64,000 nt of DNA, from NCBI GenBank assembly GCA_965235115.1, contig OZ249439.1:1550001-1614000 (forward strand), read 5' to 3'. Below are positions 11,237 to 29,525 of the stretch, in pieces. Position 1 is the stretch's first letter. Each line of letters opens with the position of its first letter. Both the position numbers and the translations under genes were made by a program. The notes under the pieces were generated by a model, which saw only the letters and a list, made by a program, of their open reading frames with translations, searched no databases and was not told the DNA's origin. Origin of the DNA: Laetmonice hystrix. Its lineage: Eukaryota.

Positions 11237-14200
11237 ATGAACAGTGCAGCTAGCCCGGTAAGAAAGTCTGCGCAGTGTCGATATTTCGTTAACAGTGGGA
11301 CCTGTTTTTACGGGGATGAGTGCCAGTTTCTTCACGAGAATGCTCGAATCCGCAAGGCAGATGGCCCAACTCCAAGTCATCAATCTGAGCCTGTAAACTC
11401 CGAAAGCGGAGGTAAGATTGGGGCCGACACTGGCTCCGGCAGAGACGATCGAGACCCTGCGAGGGTGGTAAGTTGAGGGTTGCTCCACCGTGTCGATCTG
11501 TCCGAGTACCGCGCAGCATATTGTGACCCCTCGCTGTGGTCGAGCGGGAGCTCAGTGACAGTGCGTTGTTGTTGACACGCCAAATGATAAATTAGTCTAC
11601 CATCTTAGACAGGACCTGGTTGTTGAAAGCCGCAACCTCACAGAGCCAGCTGTTGGGGATTCGCGTGTTGTATGCTGCGTGTTATTTCATTCCGATACAA
11701 GTTTTGAACTGGTTTTATTGTATTCTGCTGAGTCGCATGAGATGGTATTATTATTTCTCATCGGTGAGTTCAGAGTGAGGCCCTGTCTCAATCGGCATGG
11801 CCGGTGAGGAGTTCACGGGGGCAACTGCCGCAGCACAATGGTTTAGGCCCTCCTCCCCCACCCCCAACCCACCCCCGCACCACCACCACCACCACCCGCC
11901 CCAGTTTCAAGTTTGGGTACAACTACAAGACAAGTAGATCTACTACAACTGCAAAGCTCCATTGATTGGTCAACTCAAGTCAAGCCCAGTCAGTAACGTT
12001 AGAGACTAGAGGAATAAAGGGCCGCAGTCCCATTGTCTCAGATCGAAATGATGAAGATGGGGAAACTCTACCAGAACTCAGAGAAACCACGGGCCCGTTT
12101 CACTTAGTTGGCAACTTCACCAGTCAAAATGTCGCCAACGGGGCACATCGCCAGAACGGGCGACACATTACCTTATATGTTATATGGGCTGGCGACGTCC
12201 CATTTAGTGACATCACTCTTTCAACTTGATCATGATGAACATGAAATTTCTTGACCCCCCCCCCCTCCCCAAAAAAATCAATCACTCCTCCAATGAGACC
12301 AAAATAAAACTAGCCCTAACCCTAGGCCTGGCCTAACCCAAGCAATTTGTTTGGCATTGGTAATTAGTCAATCTAAGATTATCGCATTTAGCCGCTGCTG
12401 GCTAAATATAGGCCTACACTTCCATTTTTGTTTTTGTTTTTTTTTTTCTTTTTTTCTTCTGAATTCCTACCGGCAGGCCGTGGCTGTTGGCTTTGTATCT
12501 TCCAGCGCCTATTGGATCCGATAAATGGCAGAGCTATAACGTTATTGCTGGCTGTGGGTCAGAAATCTTCAAATTTGAGAATGAAGCAGACTCAGATCCT
12601 AAAGCAGTGGGCACTAAATTGGGAGCCCGGGACTACCAAAAAATAATACAGACAACCATGTTGATGATCTGCAGTTGTCCATGGGCTGATGCTGTTTTGG
12701 TGGAGAACTGAAGCATTGTGAATTAAAGATTTAATATTAACAGACGTTGATGATTATTGTTTTGGGTTAGTCATTGTTTGTTGGAAAAATTTGCATAATC
12801 ACATTCCTCATGGAAACCTTGAAGGGATCAAAAGATTCAAATAAGGTTTCTCAACTTTCTGGAATAAGATTACATGTATATTGCCTTTTTCTAACAGAAG
12901 TCTACCCTATTTTTGGGGAGTGTCAGAATTGGAGCCAGATTGGTCATGTGATACAGAGATTCCTGATCACCTAACGGAGTGAGAAGTACCTGGTAAGACA
13001 GCAACGATCAGCTTAGCAAAAGTTACATGAACCAAAGGATGGGAGTTGAGATATATAGAATTAATATCTGTCAATCAACCTGCAAACAATTTTAAGTTGC
13101 TGTTCAGTTGTGGTTAATTTCTCTTTCCAGTGATGTCGGCTGAAGGAAATAATGGTGACCAGTTTTTTAATGCAACATTCAGTGGTGGCCCAACAAATGG
13201 CATCACAGATTATCAACCGATGTATATGGTGAGTATTTTGCCTTATTGAATAAAGGTCTCAATGTATACATTTAATTTTCAGGATTTAGTAGGCCTGATT
13301 TATTAATGTATAAGGGACATGTATGTAAGTTTTGCTAATCAGAAAATTAATTAAAAAATTAGTGATACCTGGTTTGTTATTGACAGGGTCGGAACCCCGA
13401 TGCTTCAGAATTTGTTCCGAAATCCACAGTGCTCACGCACAGCTCCAGTACTCCATCCTTCGCCTCCTACACACAGATGGCAACACTAGGGGGAGGATCA
13501 TCCCTTACCACCCCTATGACACAGCTGCCCCCTGGTGAGTACAAAAGAAAATATACCTAGGGTCCATCTACTATAGGATGTTTAGTAGGTGAGGCCCATG
13601 AATGAAAACGAGGGATTGTTACCAGGTATTGCCCTGTTGTTGAATGATCAGACCAGAGTTATGATTATGGAGGCAGCAATGATCTCAAAGTAATAAAAAA
13701 TAATGATAAATATGATGTATACATCTGCAGCATAATATAACAACTTTAGAGTAGCCTCTTAAGGAGGTATGATCGTCACGTAGTTTGGGCCACTGCGCAA
13801 TGTTTGCGCACCGTCAGTCAGTTCGGACAGCTAGTTTACGACAGTGTAAGACTGGCTGTCAATATCCATAAAATTAGAAGATTATCACATTATTTGAACA
13901 CCACTCTCTCTTAAACGCCATTTTATGCACTATATAGGTATATATACAAATACAACTTGTCATAAGTGTGCATTGAATCCGATTACGACAACGCGATCGA
14001 GAGGGAACACGCGGCTGACTCGCGAGTGTCAGTGGGAATGGTGTCAGGCAGGGAGGTGCTCGGCGGGAGGACCGGCCGACCGGCCAGGCGGGTGGCGGCC
14101 TCCGCTCCGCTCTGCTCCCACTCAGCCTCGGAGGGCGGGAGATATAGGGCGACCTTCTTGAGGGCATACCAAGGCGGGGGGGGGGGGGGGGGGGGTTACA

Positions 14201-17200
14201 GGGTGTCGGTAACCCTCCTTGGGTCCAGCCTTAAAAATAAATTATAGACTTTTTTATATATCTAACCTTTATTGGAGCCACACAAGGGGTGCTGAATGCG
14301 GTCGAAGACTTTGTAACCCCCTCTCCCCCCCCGGCCACTTGGCAGGTTACGGCCCTGCCTACACCCCACCTACGTTGTCCAGAATTTCTTATGTTGTATG
14401 CTTGTTTATTTCGACTCTATTATTGGAGTTCTTAACTTAGGAAGCTTTTTCTAGAAGTTTGACAATATTTTTGATGCTCATCCCTCCTGAAATCAAAATC
14501 TGATCGCATTTTAATATTTTGTAATTTTTAGTATTTTTACCTTTTGTTAACTAAGTTATATGCCTTTTCGTCACTGGAATTGCTTATAAATCACTGGAAG
14601 ACGTTTCACTTTGATTTCATATGTCATTTGGAACGCTCTGTCAAAGAAATAATGAATAGAGTCTACTGTACATACATAAATTAAGATTCGGGCCAAATTT
14701 ACTGTTTTGGGTACCCGGTAGTGTGTACATAAAAGGGTGATATACCAAAAATTAGCATGGTAGCCATGTGATTTTTTTTCACGATCTGCTTCAATATAGC
14801 CCTGGCTATACACAGGAAGAAAATAGGGGATATTACAATATGAGAACATTGTTAAATTATAAAATTAACATAAAAAATACGTATTTTTTAATATTTTTAA
14901 ATTTTAAAAGGTCCAAGAAAAATATAAAAACAGGTAGAAACTACTCCAAATCGATATTGTCTTAAAGTTTGATGTGTCTAGATGACTTTGTGACAGAAGA
15001 AACATGTAAATAAAATATATTTGGGTGTCTAAATGAGAAAAGTCGAAAATATGTATATTTTGCCATTTTTTACACTCCTGAATATATAAATGTTGCCATG
15101 GAAACCAAATTAGGATGGTGACACATATATTTTTTTCTATATTTCGACTATCCTATTAGAGTAGTTGAATTAGGAAGCTTTTCAGAGGTTTTGCAATACT
15201 TTCATTTCTAAAGATCATACCTCCTTAAGGTTTTTTTAAATAAATGAAAGCATAGCAGTATTTTCAGGTATTAAAAGGCAGAAAAACCATTTATCCAGGT
15301 GTAGCACTGTCAGCTGGAACAAGTCCCCTTGGAAGTCCAGGTATGAGTCCCCAGGGGTCGCCACTGGTGACACGGAGGACGAGGTCACCCGTTCCAAGGT
15401 TACACACGAGTGTGGCAGCATCATCAGCAGCTTCTCTGGTGCAGGTCAGGTGGATCTTCATCAAGTTATGCCAGTATTTCACCTGGTTCAAATCTGGTAG
15501 ATTATATTATTGGTTGATTCTGTATTTTTAAAATTTTCTTACAGGTTTAAACCATGCATTTATTAATCTGTTCTATTCTGTGTGCGTGCATGCATGTGTA
15601 CTGTAAGCAGGAGAATGTAGGTGGTACGACCTACTTCTACACCCAAGATGAGATGGCCCCGACGAGCCAGAGTAACGGTGCCGGTGGAGTGGTCATGCCA
15701 AACTTCACCATGTACCCAGGGGTCCTGCCCCACGTGGCCCACATGAAACCCAAGGCCAACATGCCAGGATTCTTCATGCCAGATGAATTAAAGATGGAGA
15801 TTCTCAACCGACACGCCATGTCACTTGCTCAAATAGACCAAGAACACAGCCCAGGTAAGCCGTGGTGACATTCAAATAAAAACCACATGGTACATACACA
15901 AACCAGGTAGTGTTGAAATCTAAATACATTGTAATAATCAGGTCCAGAATGGGACACATACATTGGAATCAGGTCCAGAATGGGACACATACATTGGAAT
16001 AATCAGGTCCAGAATGGGACACATACATTGGAATAATCAGGTCCAGAATGGGACACATACATTGGAATAATCAGGTCCAGAATGGGACACATACATTGTA
16101 ATAATCAGATCCAGAATGGGACACATACATTGGAATAATCAGATCCAGAATGGGACACATACATTGGAATAATCAGATCCAGAATAGGACACATACATTG
16201 GAATAATCAGATCCAGAATGGGACACATACATTGTAATAATCAGATCCAGAATGGGACACATACATTGGAATAATCAGATCCAGAATTGGACACATACAT
16301 TGGAATAATCAGATCCAGAATGGGACACATACATTGTAATAATCGGGTCCAGAATGGGACACATACATTGTAATAATCAGATCCAGAATGGGACACATAC
16401 ATTGAAATAATCAGATCCAGAATGGGACACATACATTGGAATAATCAGATCCAGAATGGGACACATACATTGGAATAATCAGATCCAGAATGGGACACAT
16501 ACATTGGAATAATCAGATCCAGAATGGGACACATACATTGGAATAATCAGATCCAGAATGGGACACATACATTGGAATAATCAGATCCAGAATGGGACAC
16601 ATACATTGGAATAATCAGATCCAGAATGGGACACATACATTGTAATAATCAGATCCAGAATGGGACACATACATTGGAATAATCAGATCCAGAATGGGAC
16701 ACAGGTTAATGGCTATGGGTCCTATAATGCCATTTTGGCATATTGGTGCTCAGGTTTAGAAGGGACACATCTGGTTGATACGAAACTTGCCTACCAATGA
16801 ATGACAGCTCCCAGGGTACATGCGTTTACTGTTAGAAACGATTCCATGATGTACTTACTGGGGTGATAACAGTAGAAGTTGAGAATTTGCTATATGAGCT
16901 GTGGCAGTTTGCCTGACTCTATCTGTCTGACGTCACTCTGCAGACATTCCCCACGAAGTTGACAACTACACTGGCTTGTTCCCAATTGAGGCTCCTGTTG
17001 CAAATCTCTTACACAAGACTTCGACAACATTTGGTTATCCTACGTCATTGTACCGTGCCACAAACACTAAGGACAGCTTACCCTACTGCCTTCGCCGTGT
17101 TCATGGTGAGATGTAGTACAGTTTTTCTTTACTATGACTGAGACCAGATGTTTTCACAGTGGTTTGGGTCATTTTTTATGGGTGCAGATGGGTAGGAAAA

Positions 17201-20200
17201 AATGTGTAACCATAAAATCTATACTTGCCTGTCAGGCTTCAAATAATGGATCTTCATAATATCAAATTGTAAAGTCAGGTAACTCCCAGAGAACTGGCAA
17301 TTTAATATTTCTCGCCTGAATCTGAATTTGTTTTTCAGGGTTTCGGTTAGTGAATACCAAATGTATGTCAATCATCGACATCTGGAAGAAGATGTCGCAC
17401 TCTAACATTGTGCAGCTCCGTGAGGTGTTCACAACCAAGGCCTTCGGGGACCATTGTATGTTAATAAATATTATTCATGTTTTAGTTTTAGATGGAAAAT
17501 ACTTCTCGTCAAAAAGCCAGATGAAATAGTCAGGCTTTGTAATGCATCTCTGTATCACTTTCTGCCTGTGTCCTTCACATGGACCATTGTCATACAAATA
17601 GTGTCTACGTTAAAAACAAGGTTGTGTAGTAGCATACCAATTTTGATACACCCAGTAAGTTAAGGGAACGCAGGGTGTAACTGTCTTGTAATCTTTATGA
17701 CCTCATTATTTGGAGTACATTCATAGGTCGACTTTAAGAAGCCATTGGATGCAATCATGGTGTCATTAATTAACCCGGTGGTTTTTGTTGCAGCGATGGT
17801 TTTTGTGTATGATTATCACCCTGGCTCAGAGACGTTGATGTCACGACACTTCAGCAATCCTAGCGTACACATGAATGGTTACTCCAACCCATATAATCTG
17901 GATGGTAATGCCCGACCATTCAGTGCAGGAAAAGGTAGGCTTCTCACACACAATTTGTTAGGTATGATATCTGGTACTGGTAGCTCAGATCTGGATGTGG
18001 TAAGGCAGTATGAGATATTGATCCGAAATGTCTTGAGTAGTGTTTACAGTCAAGAGACCCAATACAATCCTATGGTAGCCAAGTGCAGTAGTATTCTCAA
18101 CTCATTGTGTGTTAAATTGATCTATTTTTATGAATGTATACCTTTTCCCCTTGTACCCACACATCTGATCTGTTTTTATGAATGTATATACCAGTATATC
18201 CTTTCCCCTGGTACCCACACATCTGATCTGTTTTTATGAATGTATATACCCTTTCCCCTGGTACCCACACATCTGATCTGTTTTTATGAATGTATACCCT
18301 TTCCCCTGGTACCCACACATCTGATCTGTTTTTATGAATGTATATACCAGTATATCCTTTCCCCTGGTACCCACACATCTGATCTGTTTTTATGAATGTA
18401 TATACCCTTTCCCCTGGTACCCACACGTCTGATCTGTTTTTATGAATGTATATACCCTTTCCTTTGGTACCCACACATCTGATCTGTTTATATGAATGTA
18501 TATACCCTTTCCTTTGGTACCCACACGTCTGAAGGAGCCAAGGTGTCGCAAGGCTCTGGTAGTGGTAACCGACAGCAGTCTGGGCTGTTAGCAGAGAGCC
18601 TGGTTTGGTCTTACATTGTTCAGTTGAGTTCCTCCCTGCGTACGATCCATGCCCAAGGTCTTGCGGCTCGGGTAATGGACCCAACCAAAATCTTGCTCAC
18701 AGACAAGTCAAGGTCAGTATATTTCTGTTGATAGCAAATTGTCAGCCATAGATGAAATTATATTAAATTATATGTTTCGTTGAAAAGACTTTTTGATGAT
18801 AGTTTTCCCAGGTTTGTAATTGTTTATTTCAGGATTCGGTTGAACTGTGTTGGAATCTTTGATGTGCTGAGTTTTGATCCCAACCAGCAGAACCCAATGG
18901 CCATGATCCAACATTACCAGGTAAACGTATTTGGCTGAATGCAAGAACATTTTGTGGAGTTAATCTCAAGAATGGCTTAAAATACTATCTAGCCTAGATT
19001 TAAGACTGGGTACATTTGGTAGTCATATTTAACTGAATTCTAACTGAAAAGGTCCAGTCTCCAAAAAAGAGAAAAGGCTAGAAAATTCTGACTTCCTGGC
19101 AACTGGGACTAGGCGTAAATGCACAGATTGGGTTAATCCCGAGACTTGCTACATATGTACGTCCTTGCATCTGGCTAGTTGTGAATGTTTGTCATGGCAT
19201 TGGAAGATTTGTGTATGGCTCAAAATAATGACAAGGCCAAGTTTGCCTGGAGTGCCCATAGCTGAAGTGGAGCTCTGCTCCTGGTTTTGAACAGTTTTGT
19301 GTTTTGTCATTTTCACCTGGGAGATATCTAAGAATTAGGACCAGCTGACTAGGACAGAAACATTCTGTTCATGATTATTGTGTTCTATGTAAGCATGACT
19401 TTTAGATAGACTAGGTTATCCTATAGCCTGTTCACCTACCTGTATGTAGGACAGCTAATTGTAGTTGACTGAAGTTGGAAGAATAGGTTATTTTTCTCGA
19501 TGCAGCAAGAAGACTTGGTTGCCCTGGGCAAAGTGGTGCTGGCACTGGCGTGTAATTCTGTCATTGGTATACAGCGGGAACACATACAGACTTCTCTGGA
19601 ACTCGTGTCAAGAAATTACTCTGCAGACCTCAAGAACCTCATTCTGTAAGCTTTGGTTCACTTCTCTGCAGGTAAAGAGTTGTTGGTTGTGTTATTTTGA
19701 GTGTAAGATTGTAAGTTTTCTCCCAGGGGACAAGGCACATCTTAAGGTATGAGGCAGGCACACTAGGAATACCAATTCACAGTCATTTTTCTGGAGATAT
19801 TTAAGTTGATCAATATGGTAGTTTGTAACAAAATATTTAATATGTTTAGAAAACGTGTTTACGTTTTTAATTGATGTGAGGAAGGGACATATCTTTGAGT
19901 AGCTTCAGGCCAGTAAGACGTGTTTGAAACACCTGTTTCAGATACCTGTTGACAACCCAGCAGAGACTTCGCAGTGTCAATGACATCATGCCAATGATTG
20001 GTGCACGATTCTACACCCAGCTTGATGCAGCTCAACTCCGTAATGATGTCCTTGAGAACGAGCTTTCCAAGGTCAGTCCTCCCCCCTGTCATTGTCTTTA
20101 CAAGTAACAATTTACATGTAGAAATATTATAATATTGTTCTGTTGTCTTATAAAAATTACTAGAATAAGTTTATATAAACTGTACATGTTATAATGGTCA

Positions 20201-21044
20201 GTCTACAAAATTCTTACATTACTTGGTTATTTAGGAGGTTGAGAATGGACGGCTGTTTAGACTCATTGCCAAATTGGGAATCATCAACGACAGACCAGAG
20301 TAAGTACTTTTAAAAGACAAGTAAAACTCTACAGATTTATTTGAAGGGAGATGGCTTGTCCTGCTAGGGTTGGCTGACGAAGGTACATCCTAGTTGTAAC
20401 CGTTGACAGTTCAAGATCATACAATTTCATCAAAAACAACAAGCATGTTGCAAGGTTGATACCTAAGCTTGAATCTCATGAAGTTGATGCTAGTACCCAC
20501 GGTTCAGTCAGGCCTTTCATCCTTTTTTATCCAAATGATGGTTCTCCTCAATGTTATTCTGATTTGCTGATCTTTGAATGTGGTAGACATGTCAGAAGTA
20601 GACATTGTGGTTGAGAAAGTTGTATATTTTCAGATTTAACATGGACCCAGCCTGGTCTGAGACAGGTGACCGGTACATGCTCAAACTGTTTCGAGACTAC
20701 CTCTTCCACCAAGTCGATGAGAATGGAGCACCATGGGTTGATACAGCTCATATTATCATGTGTTTGAACAAGGTGAAATATAATTGTCTCCTTCAATTTA
20801 TTGACATCGTCATCTCAATTGTGTTTGAAAGCTTGAAAGAAAATAATACAATAATGATTACTGTTGCTGAATGTGTTTTATATTTCAGCTTGACGCTGGC
20901 GTACCCGAGAAGGTCTGCTTAATGTCGCGAGATGAGCAGAGCGTCCTGGTGGTGACGTATGCTGAGCTCAAGCAGTGTTTCGAGTCGGCTGTGGCCGAGA
21001 TCTTGCAGTCTGCACAGCAAAGTGCCAACACCTCATACTCCTAG
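11237..21044 (+). CDS. PAN3: PAN2-PAN3 deadenylation complex subunit PAN3, 15 exons
   Basis: Exons 11237-11411, 13131-13228, 13387-13534, 15299-15444, 15608(or 15611)-15854, 16944-17105, 17339-17455, 17794-17934, 18535-18712, 18833-18920, 19506-19645, 19942-20071, 20235-20299, 20634-20772 and 20889-21044, all in phase. The protein has a CCCH finger ([20 protein letters not shown]), a PAM2 motif (NPDASEFVP), [10 protein letters not shown], a pseudokinase domain ([35 protein letters not shown]) and the C-terminal [21 protein letters not shown]. Confidence 0.97.
15924..16703. repeat. 34-bp minisatellite, about 23 copies, PAN3 intron 5
   Basis: Unit aataatcagatccagaatgggacacatacattgg, near-perfect. 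Confidence 0.97.
18119..18531. repeat. ~50-60-bp minisatellite, 8 copies, abutting the PAN3 exon 9 acceptor
   Basis: Unit tgatctgtttttatgaatgtatatacc(agtatat)ctttcccctggtacccacac(a/g)tc. The last unit runs directly into tgaag|GAGCC. Confidence 0.93.
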
Positions 21045-21554
21045 CGTGTGGAGAAGTCCCCAGGTGTTGGGCTCTAACGTCAAAGGCAGCATTTGATGGT
21101 CATCGGGGCGGCGCCACATTCTGCTACTTGTTGACCACCAGAGGCCGCCCCTAGTTCAGTGTGTCGCACACTGTTCCTGCAGCCCCACAGAACCTAATTT
21201 GTGTCCGTTGATGGCAGCCAGTGGCTCAACTCGCACCATGACAAGCTTTGGACTAGGACAGAAGGAACCTGCCATCCACAAGTAGAGGTCTGCTTAAAAA
21301 GACCATTTAAGTGTATATAATCGTATTTGAAAGCCTTCGGGCGTTGCTGTTTTGGGAATATATGAGAAAAACTCAGGTTGATTCCCAGTGTACCACGACA
21401 TACCTACACAGGTCTGCAGAGACAGCGCCAGACGCGACCATGGCATCAGGCACCTTGGCAACCCTGTCAACTGTTGCTAAATTCTGACAAGGACCCTCAT
21501 CCCTTTTTGTCCTGTTGGATTTTAATTTTGCGTGGAGCTTGTAAAGTTCTATCG

Positions 21555-21586
21555 ATTATTATTATTATTATTATCATTATTATTAT
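21555..21586. repeat. (ATT)n microsatellite
   Basis: gattattattattattattatcattattattat downstream of the PAN3 stop. Confidence 0.85.
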
Positions 21587-24500
21587 GGTGATCTTCGAAA
21601 CATACATGTAAGTTGGACTCTGAAAAATCACATACCACAGACAGTAAGACATACATGTGGTGGATTTATTGTCACAGACTTAGGATTGTACATTTTGAAG
21701 ACGTGGAGAGACGATGAGAAATATTGTTGTTATAATGGTGCATGTTTATTTTTATCGAGATACTTCCATAGAGTGTGTGAGAGAGAGAAATGGAGAGTGA
21801 GAGTGCAAACATTTTTGCCGCAGTGTCCACCTGAATGTGTGTACTTTGTGTGGATGCCATTACAGGAAAGCATTTTGAAGATTTTTGAAAGTCTGCTCAG
21901 AGGCAGATTGGACACTGTTGTTGCTGACTTTGAGTCGTCAAGAATTGTCCACCCCACCCTGACCCGGTCCGGTCCTACGTTTGATGGGGGCGCGACTATT
22001 CGAGCTTGATGAAAGATCTGATCATGACAGTAATCATGACCCAACACTGTTCACTGATGTGAAGAGGTCAAGTTCAAGGTCATTAGTGAGGGCAACGAGG
22101 AGAACTCTCGGCCTCACCTTTTGTTGTTAGTCCATGGTCGCCTTTATTCATAACAAGACTTTGGTTGGATACGCAGACCGTACTTGGAGCAGTATGTTAG
22201 CTGTTGAAAAGATGCGTATATCAGTGTGGCGAGCAAGGAGTGGACACTGCTGAACCTCCCCCTTCGGCTTCACCCCGGGCAAGTAGCACCCCCTGACCAT
22301 AGGAAACCAGGAAAGGAGGATGCCACCTACGTCAGCTCCAAGGATCCATAGTTGGTTTATCTGCACCAAAATCTATGGTCAACTATTCTCACAGAGTTAC
22401 CATGCTGAGGGCCTGGCATAACACCTGTCCAGTTTTTTTGGGTTTTTTTTGCTTCAGTCCACTGATGAGCTTGCATCCTGATTATCGTGGAAGGCGATCA
22501 GTTAGGTGGAAGGTGAAAAAGTTAAGAAGTTTGCTGAAAGACTAGCACCAAGGGTGCAGTTGAAAGGGTCACAAAATGTATCATTCGTGGGCACCGAGGA
22601 GGTTTGTATGCTAAGTCATGGCAGAGTATTTAAACAGGGTGTGTACGCATAGGTGTGGTATCCAGCCAGAGTGTGTTGGTAAAATTATTGTCAGTGAGTG
22701 AGTACAGTACAGAGCACTAACAGTTGGTGGATATAGGAGTGTTGAGTGTAATGGCTCCACGTTGGACCAAGTGCTGTAAAGTTACCATAAAAGTTTTATA
22801 GAAATTTTTTAGAGAGAAATATTTTTCAAACTTGTTGTTTCAAGAACCAGTAGCGGTGTGTCTTCCTGGGGTGCGGTTTCTCAGCATGTCGTTAGTTTGT
22901 CGTATCGTTAACACCAATGTATTTTCAATGGGGATTTTAATACACGACAGGATAACGATGGATGGGAAAGGCACCCCTGATTCTCTGTGCCTCAGTCAGG
23001 TGCAGATACCACAGTTGGAAATCGAGAAGCAGAGAAGTTACAATGTCAGAAGACGTTACTTAAATTGCAACCAGAATCTCATATTTTTTTATAAGATTAA
23101 GTTTTGTATCTGTGACCGTTGTACCGGGTTAAAAGAAACCACTGAATTTCTAAAGGCCTCGCTGCCTGTATGATGGCTGCCTCCCGTCTTTAGGGAATGT
23201 GGAAATTTACAAGAGTGAGTTGTCATAGAAACCAACACTCCACAGACCCTAGACCCGTCAGAATTGAGAGAGTTGAGGGTTGCCTGTCTGAGTGGCTTCT
23301 CTTTGGTTTATTATGCCGCTCATCTTACAGAACCTGAGCACTTTTTCCCATTATATTTGTGCCTTGAAATGTTATAATTATGGCAATGGAACTCATGCAT
23401 TGATTTTAATTCGTCCCAAACGTTTTCAAACACCTTAGAAATTTTCATTCTGTTGCCTGTTTCAATTACTCAATTTCAAATATCAAAAAGAGAAGGAGAA
23501 AGTTTGGAGTACCATGGACTGAGAAAGTGTTGTCCTGACATGGTGCCTCCCCCCCCCCTCCTGGCCTAGTTTATATTTACCTCATGCTGTATAGTCCCTC
23601 GTTGAATGAATCCAGCAAGTTGAGTAGACAAATACTATTCAGTGTCCTTTCGTCTGCAGAAGACGTGGATCAATTATGATCAAAGATAGTGTGGTGTCCA
23701 TCAATCCGGTCCATGTCAAACGTATAAACTGACTTTTATCAACATTTTCTTGCCCACAGGTAAATTGAAAAAACAAATCCCTGTAAAAGGAAACATAAAG
23801 TTTATTCTTTGGTGAGTTGGGAGTTTAGGATAATTAGGAGGTTTAGAATATTGGGAGAGTGTGTAATAAGCAGTGCCTACGGCCGGCGCCCATAGATAAA
23901 TGATGATTACCACACAGACAAACAATCCAGAGAGAGATGAGAAGCACCATGTTGTAGGGTGTAGGAGAGACAGCAGCCAGGTCTAGATTTGATCTCATCT
24001 TTACGGCTCCTGAAAATGCTTAAAAATTATTTGTCATTTGTATCAAGGCAGCAAAGACGCACAAATACTATGAGTTTGGATTATTCAAATTTGAACTTTG
24101 TTAAAAATGATTCTGAAAATTGAATAAGAATTCTAGAAATGTGAAAGTCATTCTTTATGAAATAAGGCTGGAAGAAAATGTTAAAGTGCCAAAATGAGTA
24201 TAAGTTTTGTATGTTTGCCATGACTTTGTGCAGTGGGATTGGTGGTGTTCGCATTGAATGGTTGAGTTGTAAGACGCAGCGAGCCGACGTGGGGGGGTTG
24301 AGACGGTGGGCGTTAACGACTTGATTACATGGCAGGATAAACTGGCTTTGCTCATCCCTGTGGACATAGTTTAAAAACAATATTGTCAGAGATACTTGTG
24401 TAATAGCTCGCTGTGAGGGAGGAGGCTGTAATGAGGTGATCGGGGTGATTTCTGAGTGTGGTTAGTATGGAAAGAACACACGACTGATAAACTACCATGT

Positions 24501-25367
24501 ACCAGGTCGTTTACTGCTGCATTTCGTCTGCCTTCTGTGGTTATAACCTGTTGTGTCATGGGTCGAGAGTATGCTAAGATTTGTTTATCGTGGTATGAAA
24601 CCCCGGTCTTGACATGATTATGTTGGTAGAACATGCAGCTTCAAACATCATGGACCGATAATTAACCTATAAGATAGCACACAAGGTCTTTACCGTTAAC
24701 TTGTTGGCACAACAGATGGTGTGAGAGAAGGACATCGGGACCGTTTGTCGGAAAAATGTGGAAATCGTCAAAAAAAAAGGATATCGAAATGTGTTGGATG
24801 ACAGAATTAGTGATGATCATGTTTAAAAAAAATGGTGCAATGAATAGAAGTAAGGATCCGGAGAGTGGGGGGCAGAGTAGTTGGTCAGAGTACCGATTTA
24901 TATATATTATATACAAATAATGTGGCGGAGGACGACGCCGCTCCCGCCCCCTGGGTGTAGATACTGGTACTATGGGGTGGAACGGCATTCGAACCGAAGA
25001 ACAGTTGCAGTCACGATAGTGATATTTTCATGACAATAAAACAACTTTGCATTCAGCCTTGTGTCTTTATTTTATGTCTATATAAATCCAAATATCTCTA
25101 CCTTATACAAACACCCCCGTTTACATTTGTTATGTCCTGAAATTGCCTCTCTTTATAATCGCATTAGAAGAGTTTAACCTGGTAAAGACCAGCGTGAAGG
25201 AAATGGAGGGGGCGGCAGTGTGGCCGGGTATATATCCATTTTAGTTTGCTCCCCCCAGGTGGCGCCATGGGATAAGTGCGCCTTTGATTGGTGCTGACAC
25301 CTAGTGGACTGATCGGTAACCTCGCTAGCAGGTGCTCGGCCGGCGAGATTCAGGTTAGAAGGGAACG

Positions 25368-29525
<4,158 letters not shown>

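Noticed and set aside
12424-12715. Long pyrimidine tract with AG in PAN3 intron 1 (possible 81-nt cassette exon) and a TGATGA...CTGA pair suggesting a C/D snoRNA
   Set aside because: The peptide has no PAN3-like character, the donor is weak, and the C/D pair lacks a convincing terminal stem or recognisable guide.
15268-15298. Stronger-looking upstream acceptor (ttttcag) for PAN3 exon 4
   Set aside because: It is out of phase with exon 3. The acceptor at 15298 restores the conserved frame.
15605-15611. NAGNAG tandem acceptor (aag|cag|) at PAN3 exon 5
   Set aside because: This is a common phenomenon affecting one Gln. It is noted in the gene model and is not unusual.
24386-24988. Minus-strand ORFs upstream of PGK suggesting a divergent gene
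   Set aside because: They are short, have no convincing exon chain and have no recognisable product.
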